A stretch of 64,000 nt of DNA from positions 68,662 to 132,661 of the forward strand of contig JAWBKB010000003.1 of NCBI GenBank assembly GCA_038831915.1. The letters run 5' to 3'. Every line of letters starts with the position of its first letter. The stretch's first letter is position 1. The translations under genes were made by a program, and so were the position numbers. The stretch is from Candidatus Caldarchaeum sp. (lineage in GTDB: Archaea; Thermoproteota; Nitrososphaeria_A; Caldarchaeales; Caldarchaeaceae). This document shows positions 19,398-29,228 of the stretch, piece by piece. Under the pieces are notes generated by a model. The model was not told where the DNA came from and made no database searches. It was given only the letters and a program-made list of their open reading frames with translations.

Positions 19398-20425
19398 TTA
19401 ATGTTTTATTGTTCGGACTGTTTTCTCGAAGACTCTGGGGTTTGCTGTGTTTTTTGGTTTTTCGCCTCTTGCGAGGGCTTCTATCGCCTCGGCAACCGCC
19501 ATATCTATTCCGATGAATGATTCGTAGGTGTATGCTCCGATGTGAGGTGTGACAACTACGTTTTCAAACTGTAGCAAGGGATGGCTTGAATCTATGTAGT
19601 CGCCTTCGACAACGTCCAGCCCTGCGTAACGGATTTTACCCGTTTTCAGAGCGTTGACCAGTGCATCGGTGTCGACGAGGCCGCCTCTCGCCGTGTTCAC
19701 AAGCATCGAGCAGGGCTTCATGAGCTCAAAGGCCTTCGCGTTCATCATGTGCCGTGTTTCCGGTGTTTGGGGCGTGTGAAGAGACACGATGTCCGATTCC
19801 TTGAGCAGGGTTTCAAAATCTGTTAAAACCACGTCGAGGTCTTTCACGGTTTCGGGGCTGATAAATGGGTCGTATGCGAGAACTTTGGCTTTGAACCCTT
19901 TGCTGAGAATTTCAGCGACTCTTTTGCCGATGTTTCCGAGACCAATGATACCTATTGTTTTACCCTTTAACTCGGGCCCGATGAACTTTGTTCTTTCACG
20001 CCATCGGTTTTCCCGAACCGCGATAAAGGCCTGTGAAACCATTCGGTAGGCGTCGAGCATTAAAGCAACAGCCAGCTCCGCCACAGCCTCTCTTTCAACC
20101 TCGCCGGGAACACGTGTAACAATCACTCCATGCTCCGTGGCTGCTTCCTAATCGATGTTATCCACTCCGATGCCGTTCCGCACCAACAACACAATATCAG
20201 AGTTTTTTCAAAAAATTCTCTGTCATAACGCGGGTTGGTGCTTACGACTGCAACATGATATCCTGCGAGAACAGCTGCGAGCTCACTGCCGCGGATGTCA
20301 CGTGGAACGTTGAGCCGCGTAACTTCGCCGAGACGGTTCAAACACGTGAACACATCAGTATATGCTCCAAAAGTCAAAGAATTTACAACAGCTATTTTCA
20401 GCTTCATAACCGTGTATATCTGCAT
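19398..20425 (-). pseudogene. D-isomer-specific 2-hydroxyacid dehydrogenase (glyoxylate reductase/PGDH family) with frameshift plus in-frame TAG
   Basis: N-terminal 100-aa ORF, then a 1-nt frame change in a homopolymer (plus-strand T6 at about 20203-20208). The correct frame reads ...KNSDIVLLVRNGIGVDNID, then TAG at 20148-20150, then EAATEHGVIVTRVPG... and the NAD-binding GIIGLGNIGKRVA domain. Confidence 0.6.
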
Positions 20426-20457
20426 GCGTCAACCTAAAATAAGTTCCGTGGAAGATA

Positions 20458-21516
20458 GTGTCGGTTTTGTCTGGCGGTGATGTTCCCAAAGTGATGAAAG
20501 CCGCGGTTGTTCTTTCTGTCGACGAAATAGCCGTCGATACAGTGCCTGTTCCCAGTTTAGAGGCTGAAGACGTTTTGGTCAAGGTGTTAGTTTGCGGTGT
20601 CTGCGCAAGCGATGTGAAGTTCGTGAAAGGCTTGAAAACCTATCGTGAAACCTCTTTCGGACGGGGTTTTCCCGGTTTTACTGGTCATGAATGGGTCGGC
20701 GAAGTCGTGGCTACTGGTGCAAAAGTGGAGGGATTTGAGCCGGGAGACAGGGTTGTTCCCTTTCTGATAAAATCATGTGGAACGTGCAGGTTTTGCAGGA
20801 CCGGTAGAGTAAACCTCTGCGGCTCAAAGACATACGTGCATGGCGGCTTCGCGGAATATGTGAAAGTGCCGCTGAGAAATTTGATAAAAATTCCGAGACG
20901 CATCGATGCTATGAATGCTTGTCTGGTTGAGCCGTTGGCGTGCTGCTTTCACGGCTTCGAGAAGCTCGCGTTGCACAAAGATGGCTTGGTTTTGATGGTT
21001 GGCGACGGGCCCATGGGTCTGCTCAACACCATGTTGTTCAAGGCGTTTGGAATGAAGGTTGTGGTGGTGGGCCGCCGAGAACAAAGGCTTCAAACCACAT
21101 TAAAACTTGGAGCCGATTACGCGGTCAACGAGAAAGAAAAAGATTTGCAGGAAAAAGTGATGGAGCTGTCAGACGGGGTTGGAGCTGACGCTGTGATTTT
21201 GGCGATAAACAATCCTTCAGCGTTTGAAACCGCGTTACGTCTCGTTTCCAAAGGCGGCACTGTGAACATCTTGGCCGGCTTCCATCCCGACTACGACGCA
21301 GTTTTCAGCACAAACAAAATCCACTACAGTGAAATCACCATCACAGGTTCAGCTGACGCAAACACAGAAAATTACATCAAAGCTGTTGAACTCATCGAAA
21401 CAGGTAGAGTGAAGCCCTCCGCGATAATTTCCAACATCTACACGCTGGATGAAATCCGTGAAGCGTTCCGAACAGCAATGGCTAAAACCGGAAACAAAGT
21501 AGTGGTAAAGTCCTAA
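20458..21516 (+). CDS. zinc-dependent alcohol/threonine dehydrogenase (MDR family)
   Basis: Zn ligands CGVCASD, structural-zinc CxxCxxC...C (CGTCRFCRTGRVNLC), GxGxxG (MVGDGPMG). Confidence 0.8.
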   Translation: MSVLSGGDVPKVMKAAVVLSVDEIAVDTVPVPSLEAEDVLVKVLVCGVCASDVKFVKGLKTYRETSFGRGFPGFTGHEWVGEVVATGAKVEGFEPGDRVVPFLIKSCGTCRFCRTGRVNLCGSKTYVHGGFAEYVKVPLRNLIKIPRRIDAMNACLVEPLACCFHGFEKLALHKDGLVLMVGDGPMGLLNTMLFKAFGMKVVVVGRREQRLQTTLKLGADYAVNEKEKDLQEKVMELSDGVGADAVILAINNPSAFETALRLVSKGGTVNILAGFHPDYDAVFSTNKIHYSEITITGSADANTENYIKAVELIETGRVKPSAIISNIYTLDEIREAFRTAMAKTGNKVVVKS

Positions 21517-22055
21517 CCTTCACCTGTTCCAAATACCTCTGTCAAATCGACGATGAGTATGATGCCGTTCTCGGATGGAAATGGCTCGCCTTGGCCGAGT
21601 GCCTCTAACACGTCTTCAGCCCGGTTTGTGAGTTCTTCAAAGTCTTGCTTTTCAACGGGGACAAGTATGACCGAGAATTTCGGTTCTTTTTCGATTTCTT
21701 CGAGGTCGGATTCGGTTATGGGAAAGACTATCCAGGTGAGTCGTCGAAGCCGGTGCATGGGGACGGCGATCACCCAGAGGTCGAAGCCTTGTCCTTCGAG
21801 AGGCGACATCAAAATGAACGACGCTGATTCGCGGAAGCCATTCCACTGCTCCATGAAAAAATGATTCGGCACACCGACGAGAAGCACGTTTTTGCCGGGA
21901 AGCGATTTGGTTTTCTCGACGTCGATTTCTCCGAGAGTGGTTATCGTGCCTGGCAAGACACGGTTTTCATAGCCTGAATAAGTGGAAAACACGGGCTTGT
22001 ATGATTCTATCCGTGTCAGTGATTCAAGCAGTCTTTCTTCGTCTGGGTCCCTCAA
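21513..22055 (-). CDS. hypothetical protein
   Basis: 180-aa ORF with a 4-nt overlap with the ADH gene end. No family recognised. Confidence 0.4.
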   Translation of the reverse strand: MRDPDEERLLESLTRIESYKPVFSTYSGYENRVLPGTITTLGEIDVEKTKSLPGKNVLLVGVPNHFFMEQWNGFRESASFILMSPLEGQGFDLWVIAVPMHRLRRLTWIVFPITESDLEEIEKEPKFSVILVPVEKQDFEELTNRAEDVLEALGQGEPFPSENGIILIVDLTEVFGTGEG

Positions 22056-22078
22056 CCAGTGTAGTTGGTTTTACTTTC

Positions 22079-23488
22079 TTATGAATTTTGTTTACCAAGC
22101 CCGTATTCTGAATGGATGGCTTTGACCGCTTCGACTCCGTCCGATTCTTTCACCGCGAAACTTATGTTCAGCTCCGAACTTCCCTGAGCTATCATTTTGA
22201 TGTTGATTCCTTTCGACGCAACCGCTCCGAAAACCCTGCTAGCCACACCCGGCGTTCCCTTCATGCCTTCACCGACGACCGCGATGACAACTATGTCTTC
22301 TTCAGGCTCGACCGCGGCCACTATCCTTGTCCCGAGAAGAGCTTTCTCGATTGCTGTGACCGCTTTGTTAAGCATGCTTCGCCGAATTATCAGGGAAATG
22401 CTTGACTCGGATATGCTTTGGCTTATCATCATGACGTTGACGCCGGCCCGGTATAATGTGTCGAGGATTTTCGCCGCTGTTCCGGGCTCGCCGACCATGC
22501 TCGGGCCTTTGACCGTAAGCATCGCTGTGTCGTTTACGAGAAGAACCGCTTTGACGGGCTTGCCTGTTTTTTCGGATGACTCGCTTATCAAAGTGCCTTC
22601 CGCTGAAGGGTTGAATGTGTTCTTGATTTTGACGGGGATGTTCGCGGCCATGACTGGTTCGAGGGCCCGTGGATGAAGTCCTTTCGCACCGAATAGAGCC
22701 ATTTCGATTGCTTCGTTGTAGCTGATTTTCCTGATGACGACGGCGTCGGAAATGAGCTTAGGGTTGGCGGTCATCAGCCCGTCGACGTCGCTCCAAAGCC
22801 AAACTTCGTCCGCAGGCAAACTGCTCGCCAAAATAGTCGCGGTGTAGTCCGAGCCACCGCGTCCCAAAGTCGTCGTCACACCTTCCTCATTCGTTGCTAT
22901 GAACCCTGTAACCACAGGGGTGATTCCTTCGTCAAGCATGCGTCCTATTCTCCGCCGGACGTTGAGACGTGTTACCTCAATCAACGGAGTTGCGTTTCCG
23001 AAGTTGGAGTCGGTTACGATGCCTGCTTCACCGCCGTCGAGATGCATCGAACGAATTCCTATAGAAGCCAACGCGCCAGCCATCACTAGTGTCGAAAATC
23101 TCTCTCCGAAAGAGAGGACGTAGTCGGTGCTGCGTGGAGTGGCTTCACGTAGGTAAAGAATTCCAAGAACCGCTCGCCTCAGCTCACGCAGCCACTGCTT
23201 CAGCGTCTCCGATGTTTCTTCCTTGATTCGGTCATCTGAAATCGCGTCCAAAAGGTTGAGATGTCTCTGCTCAAGGTTTGAAAGCCTACGTTCGACCTCT
23301 TCGCTTCTTCCTCGCCGAGCGGTTTCAACGAGCATTAACAAGTCATCTGTTGTGTCACCAGAAGCGGAGCAAACCACGACAATTTCATTATTTTCACTGT
23401 GTTGTTTAATGAGTGATGCGCAGTGTTTGATGAGGTCTGCTGACGCAAGAGAAGAACCGCCGAATTTCATCACGATTTTCATGGTCAT
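22079..23488 (-). CDS. aspartate kinase with C-terminal ACT domains
   Basis: N-terminal KFGGSSLA kinase motif. Two ACT-like repeats at the C-terminus. Confidence 0.85.
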   Translation of the reverse strand: MTMKIVMKFGGSSLASADLIKHCASLIKQHSENNEIVVVCSASGDTTDDLLMLVETARRGRSEEVERRLSNLEQRHLNLLDAISDDRIKEETSETLKQWLRELRRAVLGILYLREATPRSTDYVLSFGERFSTLVMAGALASIGIRSMHLDGGEAGIVTDSNFGNATPLIEVTRLNVRRRIGRMLDEGITPVVTGFIATNEEGVTTTLGRGGSDYTATILASSLPADEVWLWSDVDGLMTANPKLISDAVVIRKISYNEAIEMALFGAKGLHPRALEPVMAANIPVKIKNTFNPSAEGTLISESSEKTGKPVKAVLLVNDTAMLTVKGPSMVGEPGTAAKILDTLYRAGVNVMMISQSISESSISLIIRRSMLNKAVTAIEKALLGTRIVAAVEPEEDIVVIAVVGEGMKGTPGVASRVFGAVASKGINIKMIAQGSSELNISFAVKESDGVEAVKAIHSEYGLGKQNS

Positions 23489-24504
23489 TCACCTGCTTCG
23501 GTTCGTGTTATTTTAATGGAGGTGATGTCTCTTATGATGGCTGTTGCTGTTTCGGTTCCTCCAGCCCCCTTACCCGTGATAACGTGGCTGCCTGAAAAAG
23601 TCGTCCGAAACCTCACGGCGTTCATCGCCATTTTCACGGCTAAGGGGTCTCGCGCATCCAGCTCCCGAGGCCTTACTTCGAGCATTCCGCCACCAGCGTA
23701 AGCCACGAGCCGCACGGCTTTTCCAGCCGCACGAGCTCTATTTACCTCTTCAGACGAAACTTCTTCAATACCCGTCGTTTTGACGTCGTGAACCGTTGCC
23801 TTCATTCCGAGGATTTCGTTGGCGAGTATGGTTATTTTACAGGCCGTGTCGAGGCCTTTGATGTCGAGAGAAGGGTCGGCTTCGGCGTATCCAAGACGCT
23901 GAGCCTCGGCCAAAGCCTGTTTGAAATCAAGACCTTCCTCCTCCATCTTCGTCAAAATGTAGTTGGTCGTGCCGTTCAAAATGCCTTCAACGGCTTCGAC
24001 GCGGTCGGCGAGGCTACATTCTCTCGCGAAAGCGAGAACCGGCATGCCACCACCAACAGTTCCGCTAAACTTGAGCAGAACACTGCGTCTCTGAGCCATT
24101 TCCTTCAAAGCGGGCATGTAGAGAGCAAGAGCTCCTTTACTAACCGTCACAACGTCCATGCCTCTCAACATGGCGGCGCGCAAGATGCTGTAGCTTGGCT
24201 CGCCGTCGACGATGTTTGTCGGCGTCGCGTCGACAAGCACATCGGCTTCGACATCCTCCAAGCCGTCCAGAACATCTCTGTAAACTTTTCTGTCACCGAC
24301 AAATTCTATGTTTCCACTTTTCTTCGCCGCGAGCAATTCGTCAGGTGAAAACCCTGAAGCCCTGTATACACATCCACTTCGGTCGGCGGCCAAAACAACA
24401 CGTAAACCCAGTCCATACCTGCTGACCAGCTCCGCCCTGTTCTTTGAAATGAGACTGAGAAAACTCTGCCCAACCACTCCCAAACCGATTAAAGCAACCC
24501 TCAA
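23485..24504 (-). CDS. homoserine dehydrogenase
   Basis: N-terminal NAD-binding VALIGLGVVG, homoserine-dehydrogenase-like catalytic region. Forms an operon with aspartate kinase (4-nt overlap). Confidence 0.75.
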   Translation of the reverse strand: MRVALIGLGVVGQSFLSLISKNRAELVSRYGLGLRVVLAADRSGCVYRASGFSPDELLAAKKSGNIEFVGDRKVYRDVLDGLEDVEADVLVDATPTNIVDGEPSYSILRAAMLRGMDVVTVSKGALALYMPALKEMAQRRSVLLKFSGTVGGGMPVLAFARECSLADRVEAVEGILNGTTNYILTKMEEEGLDFKQALAEAQRLGYAEADPSLDIKGLDTACKITILANEILGMKATVHDVKTTGIEEVSSEEVNRARAAGKAVRLVAYAGGGMLEVRPRELDARDPLAVKMAMNAVRFRTTFSGSHVITGKGAGGTETATAIIRDITSIKITRTEAGE

Positions 24505-24609
24505 ACCGCATACACCGACTACATCGAATCATAAAAATCCAAAATCCCGCTCCGAAACCCATAACCCGCTTATGCACAGGTTTAAGAACAGACAGGCGAA
24601 AAACCTGCC

Positions 24610-25245
24610 GTGAATGCTAAACAGTTTCTCGACGAAACACGAAACAACCTCAAACCATTCAACAGACGGATAATCAATCATCCGCTGCTGATGGAAGTCG
24701 AAAAAGGAGAACTTTCCATCGACAAAATCAAGCTTTTCGCAGAAAACCAACACTACATAGTTCACCACGACATCAGAAGCATCGCCTTGATGGCGAGCCG
24801 GTCGGTGACAGGCTTTGAAGCCGAATACTTCACGGCTTTGCAGAACGGCGACTTGGCGGCTTTCAAGGAATTGAAGAAACTCATGGAAGAGCTCGGGGTC
24901 GTCCACTCAAAACTCCGCATTCTTCACGAAGCAATCGCTTACACCCATTACTTGGCATGGCTTAGCCTCTATGCAACCCCCGGCGAACAAGCATTCGCCC
25001 TCATCGTCAACCTGCCTGTCTGGGGTGAAGCCTGCCGAAAACTATCACACGCACTCAAAACAAAATACGGCGTCAAGAACACCGGCTTCCTCGACTTCTT
25101 CGAAAAAACACCTGAATGGGTTGAGAACGACGGCCTGAAAATCGTCGAAGGATATCTACCGTCATCGGCTGAACGTATGAAGACCATCGCGAAACTCATT
25201 CAAGGCTACGAGCTGATGTTCTGGGACGCCATCTACAAGGGGTAA
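24610..25245 (+). CDS. TenA/PqqC/heme-oxygenase-like family protein
   Basis: 211 aa, all-alpha protein with TenA-like HHD...Y pattern. Paralog of the next gene. Confidence 0.5.
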   Translation: MNAKQFLDETRNNLKPFNRRIINHPLLMEVEKGELSIDKIKLFAENQHYIVHHDIRSIALMASRSVTGFEAEYFTALQNGDLAAFKELKKLMEELGVVHSKLRILHEAIAYTHYLAWLSLYATPGEQAFALIVNLPVWGEACRKLSHALKTKYGVKNTGFLDFFEKTPEWVENDGLKIVEGYLPSSAERMKTIAKLIQGYELMFWDAIYKG

Positions 25246-25250
25246 CTATC

Positions 25251-25922
25251 TTGACCAGAGTAAACGTGTTGTGGAAAAGCATTTCCGACGTCTTCGAAGC
25301 CACTCTACGTCATCCATTCCTCCAAGAACTCATCGAAGGACGTCTCCCGTTCGAAATTTTCCGTCACTACATCGTCCAAGACGCCCTCTACCTCAGCTCT
25401 TTTTCACGAAGCGTCGCCACGGTCGCGACCAAGGCAGACGACGACGAATCAGTGGTCATCCTGCTAACAAACGCTCGCGACGTCTTACTCGTCGAAAGAG
25501 CATCACTTCACGAAATGTTCTTCTCCAAATGGGGAATGACCATGGACGACGTCAACAGGACACCCATGACGCCGACCAACATGGCTTACACAAACTACTT
25601 ATCCGCCGTCGCCTACTCTCGACCATTCATCGAAGGATTAGCGGCGATACTTCCGTGTTTCTGGGTTTACCTCGAAGTCGGAAAACACCTCGTCTCGAAA
25701 GGCTCGCCAAACCTGTTATACCAAAAATGGATAGACACGTATTCGTCGAAAGAATACGAAGAAGCCGTCCGCAAAACCGTCGACATCACGGAAAAACAAC
25801 TCCAAAACATCGGACAAAACGAGCTTAAACAAGTCATCTGTCATTTCCGCCTTTCCACGATATACGAATATCTCTTCTGGGATTCGGCTTACAGGCTTGA
25901 ATCATGGCCTTTCCAACCGTAG
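25251..25922 (+). CDS. tenA: TenA-family (thiaminase II-like) protein
   Basis: HPFLQEL..G.L....F..YIVQDALYL pattern typical of TenA. Confidence 0.6.
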   Translation: MTRVNVLWKSISDVFEATLRHPFLQELIEGRLPFEIFRHYIVQDALYLSSFSRSVATVATKADDDESVVILLTNARDVLLVERASLHEMFFSKWGMTMDDVNRTPMTPTNMAYTNYLSAVAYSRPFIEGLAAILPCFWVYLEVGKHLVSKGSPNLLYQKWIDTYSSKEYEEAVRKTVDITEKQLQNIGQNELKQVICHFRLSTIYEYLFWDSAYRLESWPFQP

Positions 25923-25954
25923 CGCATTAATACAGCGGAAACAACACATCAAAC

Positions 25955-26530
25955 GTGGGGTTTGCTGGTTTTCTCGCTGACGTGTTGTCCGAAAAAAGCT
26001 CCAAACGGGTTTTCTTCCTTTCATCATCGGTTTTCGCCGTCGTCTACGTTTTCATGGTTGGAATAGTGTTCCAGCTGCCCTACGTTCTTCCAGAAACATT
26101 CCCCCGGCTCGCCCACCAAATCATCTTCGAAGGTTTTTCGCCACAGTATCCCGTGCTTATCGTCTATTTTCAAAGGCAGTGGGTTTTCTCAATCAACCCC
26201 GAAGCAGCGATATCGCTGACCACACTGTCCGTACTGGTTGGGCTTAATGCAGCCGCCATCATCCACGCCCAGAAACACCTAACATGCAGAACATCATCGA
26301 AAATTCACTTTTCATGGATGGCGGTCGTCCTATCCTTCTTCTCCTTCTTCACATGCTGCGGAAGCGGAATAGTTTTCACCATCCTATTGTCCGCTGGAGC
26401 AGGACTTTCAGTCCTCGGCTTCCTACAAGAATATGGTAGGCTCTTCACGTTTCTGTCAGCCGTCTTGCTCGTGTTCAACCTCTACGCAATCTACCGCGAA
26501 CACAGAAAAAAATTGGTCAAATCTTTTTAA
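25955..26530 (+). CDS. hypothetical polytopic membrane protein
   Basis: 191 aa, 4-5 TM segments, CC pair in FFTCCGSG. Confidence 0.4.
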   Translation: MGFAGFLADVLSEKSSKRVFFLSSSVFAVVYVFMVGIVFQLPYVLPETFPRLAHQIIFEGFSPQYPVLIVYFQRQWVFSINPEAAISLTTLSVLVGLNAAAIIHAQKHLTCRTSSKIHFSWMAVVLSFFSFFTCCGSGIVFTILLSAGAGLSVLGFLQEYGRLFTFLSAVLLVFNLYAIYREHRKKLVKSF

Positions 26531-26927
26531 GCTGAGTGATGAGAACAGCCACGCCTAGCAAAGCGAGGATAAAACCCGCCATCCAAGTTAGAGCCGCCGC
26601 GAAAAACGGAAAGCCGAAAAACGTTATCGGGGAGCCGCCCATCAATCCAGAGCCAATTACTATCAGGACAAGCCCCACCACGGCGGGCCCGACCTTAGCC
26701 ATGTCGAAAGAATCAGAAACAAACGCCGCACCGCCTTTTCTCGGAAGCAGAAAAGCCGCAGCCGTGTAAACAATCACCATGACAAGCGGCGCGACGATAA
26801 GCAGAACAACCCCGACAATTCTCAACAAGTTGGGGTCGACGTTCAAATATTCACCCAAACCACCGAAAACACCTGACAAAACACGGTTATGGTCGCTTCT
26901 TTCCAAGACTTTTGAAGACATCAACAA
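26517..26927 (-). CDS. PspC-domain membrane protein
   Basis: N-terminal PspC motif RSDHNRVLSGVFGGLGEYLNVDPNLLRIV followed by TM helices. Confidence 0.6.
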   Translation of the reverse strand: MLMSSKVLERSDHNRVLSGVFGGLGEYLNVDPNLLRIVGVVLLIVAPLVMVIVYTAAAFLLPRKGGAAFVSDSFDMAKVGPAVVGLVLIVIGSGLMGGSPITFFGFPFFAAALTWMAGFILALLGVAVLITQLKKI

Positions 26928-26975
26928 TATTGGTGACCGGTGCTAAAAGAGGTTTACTTATATATTGGGTTTTGA

Positions 26976-28712
26976 GTGGCTACGCTTAGGATGGTCGAAA
27001 TAGTTCTGACGTTCGACCCTTCGCTCGGTCATCGTTTTCACGACTTCCCGCTTCTCAGCTTCCTACCATGCGCGCCTGTAAGATTCGTTCCCGGGCCCAT
27101 CTACCATTACCTGTCTCTGCCCGACGCGCCCTACGATCATTATGGCAGAGCACTTCTAGCACCATACGCCATCCGGAAAATAGAAGCCTGCCTCGTTAAA
27201 AAATCACGTCTACGAGTCGTCGTAGCTCATCCACGATTTGTTTCACGTTTCATCGGCCCCGACACAAAAATAATCGGCGTCAACACCATGGACCCGCTCG
27301 GCATCGGCCCCCTCACCCTCATGTTCAACAACGCCGGCCGCGAAAAATCATGGGTTACAAAAGAGTTTGAAGACTTGATGTGGCGCATAACTGTCGCCAA
27401 GAAGAACGCAGGCAGCAAGGCGAAAGTGGTGGTTGGCGGCGCGGGTGAATGGGAGTTCGAACACAGACCCGAGGCGATTCAGCAACTGGGAATCGACCAT
27501 GTTGTTCAGGGCGAAATGGATGACATCGTCCATTTGCTTTTTGAACAGCTGGCAGAAGACAGCGTAGACCACAGCATCTTCATGTATGGACACAAAACAA
27601 CCGTCTTCGACGCGCATGGCAGGCCTTTCATCCGGTACGTCAGAGACCCTGAGGGAAAATTCATCTGCCGCAACCCCGCATCCCGTTACAGGCTTCCAAA
27701 AATCGACGACATCCCAACCATCGTCAACCCCGTAATCAGCGGCCAAGCCGAAATAATGCGGGGATGCGGAATAGACTGCGACTTCTGCGAAGTCACGACA
27801 CGTCCGCTCCGATACTATCCGCCTGAAAAAGTGCTTGAAGAAGTCAAGGTAAATCTCCGTGCGGGAATTCGGAACGCATGGTTTGTGACAGACAACCAGT
27901 GGGCCTACATGGTTCGCGACCCGATGTTCTGGCCCAACAAAGAAGCCATCTTCACCCTTTACAGAACCATCATGTCCTACGTCTTCAAAGCAAACCCCAT
28001 GCATGCGACACTTGCACCGGTCGCAGCAGACCCTGAAGCAGCCATGGGTGTTTCGAAAATCGTTGGAGCAGGGCCCGACAAACACATCGGCGTCCAAATC
28101 GGCCTCGAAACCGGAAGCGACAGGCTTGTTCTCAAACACATGGTCAACAAAGCAAAACCCTTGAGGGTTGGAGTCGACGGAACATGGGCCGAAATAGTTG
28201 TCGAAGCCCAGAAAGTCTACAACGCCGCATACTGGATACCCGCATACACCATCATCCTCGGACAGGAAGGAGAAACAGATGAAGACAGCTGGGACACCAT
28301 AGGCCTCATCAACTACATGGCATCTCTAAACCTCTACTTCACAGTTACACCGATGGCCCTCGTCAACCTCGGAAGCCTCCGCGGCACAAACGTCCTAACA
28401 GATGTCTACGCAAACCTCACACCAGCCCAAGCGGCGCTAATATACGTCTGCTGGCGAAACACCAAAAGAATGGCCGAATCCATCGCGTTTAAAATCGCCA
28501 AAGACAACTTCCTATTCCGCGTGCTAACCACAACCATTCTCAACACAGGCGCACGGTTCTGGCTCGACAGACTCGAAAAATACTTCAACCGCCTCGGTAA
28601 AGAATATGAAAAAGCCATCGACAAAGCAAAAACCTACACACACATCAAAACAACAGGAACCGACTTCAACAAACTCAGGCAGCAGTACAAGGCTATGAAA
28701 GTGGCTGTTTAG
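26976..28712 (+). CDS. radical SAM protein, probably B12-binding-domain class
   Basis: CGIDCDFC (Cx3Cx2C) radical-SAM cluster motif in the centre. An N-terminal Rossmann-like stretch (KVVVGGAGEW) precedes it. 578 aa. Confidence 0.55.
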   Translation: MATLRMVEIVLTFDPSLGHRFHDFPLLSFLPCAPVRFVPGPIYHYLSLPDAPYDHYGRALLAPYAIRKIEACLVKKSRLRVVVAHPRFVSRFIGPDTKIIGVNTMDPLGIGPLTLMFNNAGREKSWVTKEFEDLMWRITVAKKNAGSKAKVVVGGAGEWEFEHRPEAIQQLGIDHVVQGEMDDIVHLLFEQLAEDSVDHSIFMYGHKTTVFDAHGRPFIRYVRDPEGKFICRNPASRYRLPKIDDIPTIVNPVISGQAEIMRGCGIDCDFCEVTTRPLRYYPPEKVLEEVKVNLRAGIRNAWFVTDNQWAYMVRDPMFWPNKEAIFTLYRTIMSYVFKANPMHATLAPVAADPEAAMGVSKIVGAGPDKHIGVQIGLETGSDRLVLKHMVNKAKPLRVGVDGTWAEIVVEAQKVYNAAYWIPAYTIILGQEGETDEDSWDTIGLINYMASLNLYFTVTPMALVNLGSLRGTNVLTDVYANLTPAQAALIYVCWRNTKRMAESIAFKIAKDNFLFRVLTTTILNTGARFWLDRLEKYFNRLGKEYEKAIDKAKTYTHIKTTGTDFNKLRQQYKAMKVAV

Positions 28713-28781
28713 ACTGCTGAAAGACGTGTGGATATCAGTCTACAGGTCGTTTAACGCTTCAACGAATTTTCTGAAGCTCTC

Positions 28782-29228
28782 TTATTTCTGCGCGAGTTTT
28801 TCAGGGTCGATTCTTTCACCGTAGCCTGGAAGCTTGTATTTCTCGTAGCGATGTTGGTATTTCAAATATTTCAAAGCATTTTCCCTACGTGGGTCTATGC
28901 ATTCGTTCGCCACAATCCAATCCTCCACCGATTTCTCAATAACAACAACACGTAAACCGTCTGTTGTTCCGCATTCTTTTTTGATGCGGTCTTCCACCTC
29001 CCGCGTATTGCTGCCGTGTGCGTCGACGACCACTATGACCACGCCGTTCATGCTGGCGGCCTTGACCGCTCTTGCCGCCTTGCTGTCAAACGGCCCTTTA
29101 ATGGATTTGACAATAATTTCAAGCCTCAAAGCCTCCGTGTTCTTAAGTTTCTTTATGAGCTTTTCAAAGGATAATTTGCCATACGTGTCTTCGCACAAAA
29201 TTGTCTTCTTCATATAATTGTAATCCAT
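28782..29228 (-). CDS. small Toprim-like/RloB-like protein, partner of the adjacent AAA ATPase
   Basis: 148 aa. N-terminal KKTILCEDTYGKLSF (acidic Glu motif like Toprim/RloB ilvvcEGekTE) and a second acidic strand VVIVVVDAHG. Overlaps the 3' end of the ATPase gene on the same strand. Confidence 0.4.
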   Translation of the reverse strand: MDYNYMKKTILCEDTYGKLSFEKLIKKLKNTEALRLEIIVKSIKGPFDSKAARAVKAASMNGVVIVVVDAHGSNTREVEDRIKKECGTTDGLRVVVIEKSVEDWIVANECIDPRRENALKYLKYQHRYEKYKLPGYGERIDPEKLAQK

